From: Entomortierella parvispora E1425
Lineage: Eukaryota > Fungi > Mortierellomycota
Direction of reading: 5' to 3'
Length of the DNA: 64,000 nucleotides
Assembly (NCBI GenBank): GCA_020891255.1
Contig: BQFW01000006.1
Span: 1,426,001-1,490,000, forward strand
Below the pieces are notes generated by a model, which saw only the letters and a program-made list of their open reading frames with translations, ran no database searches and had not been told where the DNA came from. A program made the translations under genes and the position numbers. Below are positions 1 through 10,825 of the stretch, in pieces. Every line of letters starts with the position of its first letter. The first letter of the stretch is position 1.

Positions 1-1619
1 TTAAGAAATACAATGAGGGTTGTAAAACGATCTCCTGGTCAGTATGAACGGAAATAAATCAAAGATCGATCGTCCCACAAGTTGACACTTACATTGACGG
101 CTCCAGGAATGACGGCGTGGATGGCGTTGGCAACAGTCTCAGGAACAAGCAAAGCCGTCGTACCCGTGTCAATGGCAGCGGTCACTCCAGTAACAGAGAT
201 CGATGTGTTGCCCACTGTCAAACCACTCACTGGGATCTGGAAAGAAGAAGGACCAAAAGAGAGGCAGTGTTGGTTATGGATGCTCCAATTTTTCCCTTCT
301 CGAACATAAAAGTTCTCATAGACTTACAGTCCAAGGACGGTCTGAAACACAGTCGACATAGGTGATATTGCCCGAGTAACGAGAAGTGTCCACTCCTCCA
401 AAAGTGATTTCACCTCCTGGGGCCGTGTTTGTAGTAGCCGTCGAGGTTTCGAGCCAGATTCCAATCATGTTGTTGACCAACGCAGCTGAGCTCTGGAGCA
501 CGTTCAAAATGGGAACATCACCCTCAGCCGCATAGTACCAGAGTCCCATCAGACCATCCACATCCGCAGGGAACTGTGCATCGTTTTCGGTCACCAACCC
601 GGCAACGCCAGTGAACTTCAAGGATCCCAAGGTGAATGTTTCCTAAGATGATGAAAGAGACGCAAAGAAGCCGAAAATAAGAGGGATCAGTTTGTTGTCC
701 TGGTTTCAAGTCATTCTCGACTTGGAAAGAGAATATAGTTCTTACGGAGGCGTAGTTGCCAATGACGCCTTGCCCACTGACATAAGACGCATTGAATCCT
801 CCATTGCTAATCGGTTTGCACGTTCTATAGAAGAGGATGTGTCAGACTCTGTTGTCTCATACAACAGTGGATCCATTCCAGCAATTGATTTTCTTTTAGC
901 CTTACGATGACGCTGAGCAGTCAAAACGTGTAGAGTTATCACAACCTGAGCCTGTGCAGTTGCTGGAGGAAATCCAGGTGATTGGGCTGCCTGTATCGAT
1001 GGCCACGTTGAAGGACTGAGGAGGTGTGCCGAGTTGCAATGGAACCGCTGGGTAAGCACAAAAAAAAAAAAAAAAAAAGGGGGGGGGGATCAGTTACGTA
1101 TAACCAACAGTGTAGTAAGACTCTTTTTCCCCTCTTCCTCCAACGTACTGTAGATGACATCGTTTTCGATGTTAGTGAGCGGGCTCGAAGATGACACGCC
1201 ATCACGTTTCTGGAAGTATCGACGGGTCAATGAATTAGCGTTGAGGTGTTTCGGATTTCGCAAGGTCTTGATAGGGACACTACATTGACAGGTGTAACCA
1301 CAAAGGAGAAAAATATAAAGCTGTCAGTTGTATTATTACAACGGGCGGATCAATTTCCAGTGGTGTATATTTCATTATGATTCCAATTCTTCCTGAAGTT
1401 ATTCCTCGATTTTTTTTTTTTTTTTTTTTTGACTCAAAGGTCAGACTTCGCCCAACCGGATATTTTATCTTCCAGGGAGATTGGATTGTGTCCAACGGAG
1501 AGTTCACTGTAGCAGAATGCGATCTGACGTTACGTTGAGACAGTGTTCACGGCTGACACAGCCGTCATTACTGCTGCCGACAGAGCCAAAAGCAAGGGCG
1601 AAGAGTGAAGTATGTACAT
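1..1619 (-). CDS. Secreted pepsin-like aspartic protease (family A1), multi-exon; 3' end runs off the window
   Basis: ATG at 1619 gives a signal-peptide-like MYILHSSPLLLALSAAVMTAVSA. Pro-region ends ...RRYFQKRD. First catalytic motif in VPLQLGTPPQSFNVAIDTGSPITW (~960-1030). Segment DGLMGL...GGEITFGGVDTSRYSGNITY (316-630). Second catalytic motif AAIDTGTTALL (39-230). Confidence 0.9.
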
Positions 1620-2333
1620 GTTGAAGGGGGTGAGAGGGGGGAAAGGGGGTGGATTGAAAGTCGATGGTGTGCAGGATGTCCGTTCGTGTGGTCAGTGGGT
1701 TGTATGACGAAAAAGAGACTGGAGCAGGACGGTGTGTACGAGGGAGGAGGAAAGAGCGAAAGGAACACAGAAGGGGGGTCAACGCTTCTATTTGTATCAT
1801 TTCTGTTTTTTGACCAAAATTTCCGGAAGCAAAGTTACCAGCGTCCACGCGTTGTTGGTTTGCCAAGACGGGAGTTTTACTGGTGGATCATCCGGACGGA
1901 CTTGCACTCATTCGTCAGACGAGCGGCACAGCCGACTTGCGACATCATTGGAACAAATGATGTATACCCTGGTAGGGCAAGAGTAGCGTGCTATCTCGAC
2001 AGCATGACTGTCTGGGAACGGACGTGGGGGGAAAAGAACAGATAAGTACACACAGGACGATTCGATGAGCTCACATCAAAAATAAATTTCTTTTGACACA
2101 AACAACCGCGTGCCCGTTGCAATTGGACCCTGGTTTGTGTGCCCCCTGTGGACACTCATAAATGACTGGCTCCGACAGTTGTCCCGTTTGGACGATTCGC
2201 TGGGCTGTCGTGGCTTCGAGGTTTCAGAGCCATGGATTCATTCATTCGCTTCATTCGCTTCGAAGGGGCTGGATCGTTGTTCCACGCAGATCCGGATCAA
2301 CAATAAAGGGAGGGTATTTTTTTTATTAGGATG

Positions 2334-4460
2334 CTAGAATGGTGGCAGGGGCGGGGCAGAGGGAGTGCTCATACTGGAAGCAACCCCAGCAGTTCGGTAA
2401 GGGGGAGGGGGTGGCGAGAGCGAAGATCCTGAAGCTTCGCTCTGATCTGCGTAGTGACCCATAGAATGATCCTCCTTCTTTTCATAGCGAAAACCCGCCT
2501 CTTGATCGTGGTATCCTGAGGAGCTGCTCGACATCTGTGTTATCAGTCTTGAAGTCGATGATGGCGAACCGTGCAGGGAATGTGAAGAATAATCATCCAG
2601 CGCAAGGACCTCCAGGTTGTCAGATGCAGGGGCATGCGGTTGAACCATAGATTCAAAGCCGCCTGCTATAGAGGGTGGTGCAGGTCGCAGCTGCATTCTG
2701 ATCATCTCAATATGGGCCTGGTCTTGCTCTTCTTCAGAAGGGGCCGGTACCACATGTATACCTGCAAAAGGTGGATGGGTTGGCAGGTTGGGCGAAGGCT
2801 GAAGACCGATGACAGAGTCCGTGCGGTAGGGCTGAGGGTTGGCGGAGCTGACAGGATCATGTCGCTCAAAGATTTGTGTGATTCTTTCCGACTTTTGTCT
2901 ACGGCGAATTCTACACCAGAGGATAATAGCAACGACCACAATGGCAGAGATAACACTGCCAACGATACCCCCTGTTTTTTCTGTGGGCTGAGATGTACCA
3001 GTGGTTCCAGTGTCCATGGATGGGATGTCCAAGAAAAAGCTACCACTTTCAAACTGAACTCCAGCCGAATTGGCCTCGGCACCAAAGAGGTCATCGCCGA
3101 CAGAATAAACTACCACGGCGTTTCCTCCTGGAGCATCTGATAAGGATGCCACAGCTGCAAATGAGGTTATATTACCACTAGCTGTGACCAAGGGCGGTAG
3201 TGTAGAAGGCGCACTAAGAGTGGTCCCATTGAAAACAAGGAGTTCAGAAGAGGCTGTCACGCTGCTCGACTATGGCAGGATGCAACGTCGGGAAAATGTC
3301 AGCTTGGAGGTTGTCTTTGACTGAGCATCGACATAAAGGTTCCTGTTTGAGGAAGAAGAGATGCAACTTACAGAGCAAAGCATGAATGCGTTATTATTGG
3401 CGACGGCGGGATATATCCTTGTCAATTCGGTGGTCGTGCAGACACTGGGCATATTGCTCAGAGCGATTGTCGACGTTTGGGACACATTAACCGATTGCTG
3501 GAAATTTACAAGGGTCTGGACATCACGCGCCGTCTGACTGAAAGGTATGGTGGTCAGGTTGTTTCCAGCCCCAAGGACAAACAACGAGCGATTGTTGAGG
3601 AAAAAAGCCTTGGGACTTGATCCCACGTTTGGTGCCTGTTTGAGGTGAACAATCGGTAGTGAGCGTTGTGTGAGCTCTTCATGAGTGTGTGGCAGGACGG
3701 AGAAGCAGTTGCCCAAAAGCCCAAAAAAAACTTTTTTTAATTGATACACTGTCGATGAAGGTGATGATGACAACAAGCCGATCTGTGCATCTTTTACTTC
3801 GCCATTGACTTTTCCCGTTTTTCTTACCTCCCAGGTTTGAGTCGACTGAACTAGATTTCCACCTGCAGTCATCAACGCAAGAGTGATATTTCCGTTCACA
3901 GTCGAGCCAAGGGCGTGGACAAAGACTCCTGGAGCTATTGACAAAAGTGCCCCTACGCTGTTGATCTGATCATCCCAAAGATAGTTGGAGCCGTCCTGTC
4001 TGGAAGTAGAAACGAGTGACCAGGAGCCTCCGTTCCCCGAGGAACCGATAACATACTGAACGCCTTTTGGTACATTTGAGATTGTCACGTTCGATGGGTT
4101 GCCCGAGGTCTTCACCGCTGACCTTGAAGTCAACCACACAAAGTTGCCCGTAGAGTCGACCTGGCATGTACTCATTCCTTGTGTAAAGTCGCCTACAAGC
4201 AAGTCCAGGTCATTCACGAACGTAGAGTTGTCGCTGCTGCTGCTGTTGGTGGGTGGATATGTAGAAATGACGGTCCATGAGACAGTGCCCAAGGATGCAG
4301 GTCCCGATTGCGATTCTAGTAGGACAAGTTGCCGTGTGAAGGCTGACTGGGCTGGAAGACTGGTAAGACTTGGGTTGGAGGTCCCGTCTGAATCCAGTAG
4401 ACTGACGACAAAGAGGCGGTGGCCATCAGAGGCGGAGCAGGCTGGGGTGAAATAGACCAT
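2334..4460 (-). CDS. Single-pass membrane protein with Ser/Thr/Asn-rich ectodomain, one TM helix and a cytoplasmic PPxY tail; start uncertain
   Basis: ORFs 3270-4460 and 2334-3260 join in frame through a GTAAGT...CATAG intron (3371-3270). TM segment GGIVGSVISAIVVVAIILWC is followed by basic RIRRRQK. Tail contains PPPPPY. At least one further in-frame intron is likely near 3650-3830. Confidence 0.65.
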
Positions 4461-5099
4461 TCCTCGGGTGAATCAGGGCAGGAGATGGTTGAAGGGTGAA
4501 GAGGACACGACGGTGCGGAGGAGAGCGGGACAAGATGCAGAGGATGCAGAGGATGCAAGAGATGCAGCAGAGAGGGGATGGAGGAGGACAACCAAAAGAA
4601 CCGACGGAAGGAAGAAATAGAAAAGGAAGACTGAGGGAACAGAAAGGGAAAATCGACGGTCCATGCACCTTTTGCCACTCAACCCCCGCTTGTGCGACTT
4701 TCATTCTGTCTGTTGACTGCTGTCTGCCACCTGCTGGGCGTAAACCCGCACTCTTTGGGTTTCTGCTGTCTGTCGCTCCTTTCTTTTTCCCCTGGATCCG
4801 GCCCTTGTTCGCTGCCGAGAGCCCTGGGTGACCTTGGGCGCAATGGCCTGGACACGGAAGGGAACCAGGCCAACGAGTGTGCGGCCACCAGGCCTTGTAT
4901 CCCCGGATCTGTCTTTGGAGTGCCTCAATCGAGGAGAGGGGGCCTTTGCTATTGCAGAGCATCACCACGCACGTGACCGGCTGCAACTGCATGCTGGCCG
5001 CATCTGCTGTGAGCATCCATCCTTCCTCTGTCTTGTCCCTCGTGCCCATTATTGCTTGTCTCCCTCTATCTTCTCCGTACCCATTACACATTTGATACC

Positions 5100-6553
5100 A
5101 TGAAGAAAAAGGTATCCAGGTGCACTGCCTCAGGGACTTCTTTGCAGCTCCTTTTCGCTCAACATCATGCTGACAGACTCACCACGCTCTTTGCCAACCC
5201 TCGTCATTTAGGTGCTTTTGATGGGAAAGAGTGGGTCTGGAAAGACCTCGATGCGCTCTATCATCTTCTCCAACTATATTGCTCGTGACACACGTCGCCT
5301 CGGCGCTACCAGTACGACTTGCTTAATGCACTCGCTGTTCATGACAATGTCTAAAATGCTGCGAATCCACTTCGTGTTCAGGAATCTAACCGCCTGCTTC
5401 CATTTGTAGTTGATGTTGAACATTCTCACGTTCGATTCCTCGGTAACCTGGTTCTCAACTTGTGGGACTGCGGAGGGTAATGACATCGTGTTAAAATGCG
5501 AACTACTCAGAGGATATGGCCACGCGAAACCCCAACAAGAGTCTAACATGCAACTCCTCTTTGTAGACAAGAGGCATTCATGGAAAACTACTTTGCTTCG
5601 CAAAGAGATCATATCTTCAAGAACGTCGAGGTCTTGATTTATGTTTTCGATGTTGAGAGCCGGGATGTTGAAAAGGACATGCACTATTACCAGTCCTGTC
5701 TAGAGGCGATCATGACCAACTCCAAGGACGCAAAGATCTTTTGCCTTATCCACAAGATGGATCTCGTGCAAGAGGATCAGAGGGACAAGATTTATAACGA
5801 ACGCGTGCAAGAGCTGCAAACGAGGTCATTGCCGTTGCAAGTCATTCCTTTCCGAACATCCATTTGGGATGAGACGCTGTATAAGGTAATCCCAGGCTTT
5901 GTCACCTATGAAGGCCCACCGGGCTCCAAATGATGCGAAAAGATGCTGAGTCCTTTTGCGTAACTTTTAGGCTTGGTCATCCATCGTCTATTCACTTATC
6001 CCCAATGTGCAACTTCTGGAGAGTCATTTGGACAACTTTTGCAAGATTTGCGAGGCGGACGAGATTGTGCTGTTTGAGAGAATGACGTTCCTGGTTATTG
6101 CACATTCGACGCGGGTGGACAATGGAGATGTGCATCGATTTGAGAAAATTAGTAATATTATCAAGCAGTTCAAGCTCTCGTGCTCGTAAGTATTAGCGCC
6201 ACGCGGACCTTGTCGACTTGCTTGAATACATTATTCAGCCCATATCTCTGTCTCATCTATAGGCGCACACAGGGAAGTTTTCAGAGCATGGAGGTACGAC
6301 ACTCCAATTTTGCTGGATTTATTGACTACTTGACTGGAAACACCTATGTAATGGTCATTATGTCAGACCCTACCATTCGTAAGTGACGCGATGTTTGTGG
6401 CCATAGGAGCTGTAGCAGTACCTAAATTGTTTCCCTTCACGTTTACTGACACTCTGTTTACCGTCACCATTAGAATCCGCCGCCACTCTCATGAACATCA
6501 GCATCGCAAGGAAACACTTTGAGAAACTGGAGGGTGCACAGTTTTCAAAGTAA
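5100..6553 (+). CDS. GTR1: Rag-family GTPase Gtr1/RagA (TORC1 amino-acid signalling), 7 exons
   Basis: MKKK|[79 protein letters not shown], ending ...[15 protein letters not shown]. Canonical GT-AG introns. Confidence 0.97.
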
Positions 6554-6911
6554 TTGAATAATCCCTAACCTGCGGGCAGTTTCGCTTGACGCTGCACACG
6601 CTAGCTACTTTTACCCCACCCAGCCCGCAACTACTCTATAAAAAAACGTTATTAACGAGTCCAGCCCATGATCCTAATACTGATGACAGGTTACAATACG
6701 GGATATGGTTTGTGGTCGTCAAGAAAAGGATGCTTTCAGCCCCCCTCTCCTCAAGGAGACCTAATATAGGCGTCACAAGAATCACGTGTAAAAATACGGT
6801 GACGCATTAAATATGCAAAATGTGCTGGTTGTTCCTCTCCCGCATGTTTATCGGTTCCGATTTGAACATTGAACATCCATCATCCTCTTTCACCACATCA
6901 GTATCATCACC

Positions 6912-7738
6912 ATGGGAGCTTCATACACCGTCTTTGGCCGCGCCATCCCCACCTACCAGGTATCCTTTTGATGCTCTGCTTCGTCTTCTTTTCTTCTCTC
7001 CCGCCTCTTCCGACTCTTCACTTCTGCCTTGCCCTCGCTTCGCAGTCGACCCTCACCCGCTCTAGGATCTAATCAGCCCAGAGGAAGCTGATTCATTTAC
7101 CCCGGATCAACCCCATCCAACTCTGCTCAATCTCGCCATCATCGACAAACCCCTCGACATACCAGCTGCCTCATGGACTGACTCCTTCCTTTGATGGTCG
7201 TATCCCGAATCGACCCTGTGCTTTTGTTCCAGGGCTAGAACGGGAGAGATGATTGATTGTCCTGGCACCAACTCGAAAAGAAAAAAGCATCTACACACAA
7301 CAGCTTGTCTCGAGATGGACACAGGGTGTATTCGTGAAACATGGAACAGACATGGATCTGTGTGGCGTTTTTAAGGATCTCTGGATCGCAGACGCCATCT
7401 GTGAACGGAGCGTGTCAGGATTATCACCCATCCTTTTCATCAATTGTTCGCGATGAACTTCCATTATCTCAGGACACCGCACTTTACTCTTCTTCCTACC
7501 TCCCTTGTTGTTATGATATATCCAGTTTATTGACCGGCCGATCATCACTCTTTTCCATTTGTAATCTTTCTAGTTGGCTCTTGCCACCTATGCCGCCGTT
7601 GCTGCCCCCGTCGTCCTCATGAAGGCTGGCAAGAAGGAGGCCCCCGTCAACGTCATCCAGGCTGCTTCCCAGGATGAGGAGGCTTTCATCCGCGAGTTCA
7701 TCAAGGCCGCCGAGGAGGAGTCCCCCAAGAACGTTTAA
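6912..7738 (+). CDS. ATP19: Mitochondrial ATP synthase subunit k; exons 6912-6959 and 7574-7738, 70 aa
   Basis: Spliced product MGASYTVFGRAIPTYQ|LALATYAAVAAPVVLMKAGKKEAPVNVIQAASQDEEAFIREFIKAAEEESPKNV matches the Atp19 pattern (MG.xY...G+.IP..QLA; DEE.FI.xF+K). Not in the ORF track because it is spliced. Confidence 0.88.
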
Positions 7739-8013
7739 GTAACGTCTCTGTCTCTTCCTTTGCACCGTTGTATTTGCCTCTCCCTTCTCTTTCCCACTTA
7801 TCCCCAAAAAACATGTTCATTCCCAACAAGTCATTCGAACAGAATAAAATATAACTGGCATTGGTCTGGACCTACGACTTCTTTGTCCTGGTCACGGCAG
7901 ACTTTTGCTGATAGAAAATAGGCAGTTCTGGAAAAGAGTAAATGTCGATATAATGTGAGAAACGATGATTTTATTATCTTTGTGAGGGGGGTAAAGCGGG
8001 ATAGGTCTTTGGT

Positions 8014-9953
8014 TTATTCTTGCATGGTGGCATCGGCAGTGGAAGCAGCAGGGGCAGGCTCTGGGATCTTGCGCGAGTTCTTGTTGGTCCTTCTCTTCTT
8101 TGTAGGGGCCGCATCGGGATCGTTGGCTCTCCGGGCAGCTTCCTTCTCCTCGCGTGCCTTCTTCAAGTCGCGCCAATCCGTAGTGCGCTTTCTCAACTCC
8201 TCGGTCGAGTAGAGATCGGGCAAGGAATCAACAGTCTTGGATCCAAAAGTGTTGGCGTATTTTGCAAGATCCTCCTGAAGGTTGTATTCCTCGTCGTAAA
8301 CGGAAAGGAGACCGGTGGTGCCCTCCTCAATGACGGATGAAACCCACAGCTTTCCAGATCTGTCATAATCGGCGGCGAGAGCATGGCCCTGAACCTCCAG
8401 AATCTTGAACACCTCAACCTTGGCAGTAGCGGGATCCCATTGGAGAATCAACACCTTGGACTCCCTACAAAAAGATTTCAAAAAAGAAAAAGAGAAAAAT
8501 TTGGTCCGATCTGTTAACTCCAGTTTCTTCGATGTCCCCATTGTTTTGAAGTTGGAAGCAGACATAGACTCTTACTTCTCAATGACAACAGCGATGTGGT
8601 TCTTGCTCTCGCTAATGGCCAAAGAATAGACAGTCAACTCGTCCTCCTCTGATTCGGAATCCAAGGGAGACAATCCCAAAGCCTCACGGACGTTAAACGT
8701 CTGAACCTCCTTGCCCTTCAAAAACTCCCAGACGCGAACGGTGGCATCTCCAGCTCCAGAGATCAAGTATTGGTTCGAAGCGCCGGGCAACACTCTGACC
8801 TCGGTGACGAAACCGGTGTGACCCAAGCAGTAAGTCTCAATGTTGTGACCCTTGGGGAACTGGCTGACACGGATATGTTCGTCGCGATCTGCTGTGATGA
8901 TGTATTTGTTGTCCTTGGTCAATTCCTAAAAAAAAATTGGATGAAATGTCCAAGAAATGTTTTGGTAAGGCCCCCAGTGTCCATATCTTTCATCCTTTCT
9001 CCAGTGAATCCACATGTTGAGCGCTCTTACAAGATCGGTAGCCATGGAGACGTGTCCCAAAATGGGCTGCTCACCCTCATCCTCATCCTCGCCTTCGCCT
9101 TCACCCTCGCCTTCGCCATCGGTCTTTTCCGTGGTCTTCTCGGCCTTGACAGGCTCAACAACATCGGGGATATCGCGCTCCATGCTATACAGCGAGAAAG
9201 TCACCGAGTCCCAGGAGTTAGAAAATCGATGAAAGGTTTTTATACACTCCAGAATTGTGAAGTAGAAAGCACTTACTTGTAGATATCTCCAAACTTGTCA
9301 GCGGTCACGACATGAGATCCATCGTTGGTGAACTGAAGAGCATTGGAGCGACGAACAAGGGTTCTGTTGGGAGGTAGATAATAAAAAAGTTTTCGTCCTG
9401 CTGATCAGTAATCCGAGTGCCAATGCGTTTTCCGTCTGTTCCGAATGCCTAATAAACACAAGCTCCAAAAAGCGTTCATCGGTGATAAGATGCGTCCTTT
9501 CTCATCCATACCTCGTTCCAAGGCACTTCCATGATTCAGTGTTCCAGATCTTCATGACCTTGTCATCAGCGGCAGTGGCCAAGAACGCTCCGTCGTTGCT
9601 AATGGCAATCTGCTGAACGCGAGCCTTGTTCTGCTTCTCGACATCGGGAGTGTTGGTCAAGGGCTGGACCTGGAGACCACCGGCCTCGCGTTCCTCCAGA
9701 TCGGCTGTGCTGGAAACAATAACTCCAGTCCTATGCAAATGAGTAGTGGAGGGTTATGTGGAGAAACTCGGTCAGAAATATATTGGATAGATGGTGGTGG
9801 AGGCGCGGGTTCGTGGAGGTGCTCAGTGAAAAGAAAAAACAGGCTGCTTTTTTTTTACTTGGTGTCAACGACCTGGATGTGCTCGCCATAGGCAAGAATG
9901 ACCTGGTCCTTGGTGGGGTGGTGGAGAATATGACTGAATGGCAACACTGGCAT
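8014..9953 (-). CDS. TRM82: tRNA (guanine-N7)-methyltransferase non-catalytic WD40 subunit Trm82/WDR4, multi-exon
   Basis: Start MPVLPFSHILHHP. WD repeats AISNDGAFLATAADDKVMKIW and KYIITADRDEHIRVSQFPKGHNIETYCLGHTGFVT, the latter a Trm82 hallmark. Confidence 0.93.
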
Positions 9954-10825
9954 GATGGCAGAGAAACTGATGTGGGTTGAACAGAAAGAACGAATGAAGC
10001 GAATGAATGCGAGGCAGCAAGCCCACACTTTTTTTTTCTTTTTTGTTGCAAACCCAAGTAAACAGACGAGGCAGTCACAAAGCTGAAAGGAATTATTATA
10101 TACTGACTTTTTATTCTAAGAAACCTGAAGGTTCGACTGCCACAATCACGCCCGGCCTAACCTTGCCGCGGACTCGGGGTCTGGCGGTACAACTTTTTTC
10201 ATGGCCCGCGCCTCATCGACCGTCCCTTGGGAAAGAGCAAGGTAGGCACCAAAGAGTTCTTTGGACTGTGGAGAGGAGATAGAAGGCGAGAATGAGATTG
10301 ATCATAGAGATACCCATCCACTTCCGAGCCATCGCGCTGAGAATAAGGATGAACGCGCGCAAGACGTGACGAGGGAAGAGTAGAGCAGAGAGGAGAGGAG
10401 AAGAGAAGAGAAGGAAAGAAAAGAGAGTGAGTGATGAAGAACAAGAGAACAAGAACGAAAAAGTCGAGAAGGAGCGAAGAGGCGCGTCCAGATATGAACA
10501 TTAACACAAGGGATGCAGTCCATCGCATCAGGTGCGCGTGCGCCCCAAAGGGGAGAAAACATCGCAACGCCATCCTTTGTTTCCTTTGCTTCCTTCGTTC
10601 CTTTGTTCTGCTCCTCTGTTCCTTCAGCCCGTTCTTCCATTCTTTATTCTTTCGTCTTTTTGCGTCCTTTGTTCTCTTCGTTCTTTGGACCCTTCATCCT
10701 TTACCTCCTTTCCCTGCTCTTGTCCTCTCTTCTCTCGCTCCTCCTGCCGTCCGTCGTCGAAACAGCCGGGAACACCACGCCTTTCCGTGCCTCGGACCCA
10801 ACCCCCAAGACCCACCTGCCGAGCA

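Noticed and set aside
1040-1088. Poly-A/poly-G and other homopolymer tracts as retro-insertion tails
   Set aside because: They occur throughout introns and spacers without target-site duplications; consistent with slippage.
4473-4475. In-frame TGA as selenocysteine
   Set aside because: No redox motif context, no recognisable selenoprotein family, and no SECIS identified. A stop codon or UTR is simpler.
5112-5210. GTR1 intron 1 (GTATCCAG) as a U12 intron
   Set aside because: It lacks TT at +7/+8 and has a U2-type GCTGAC branch site.
7390-7420. GAACGGAGCG resemblance to SRP RNA helix 8
   Set aside because: The upstream AGG and the AGCA loop elements do not match, and no Alu-domain motif was seen.
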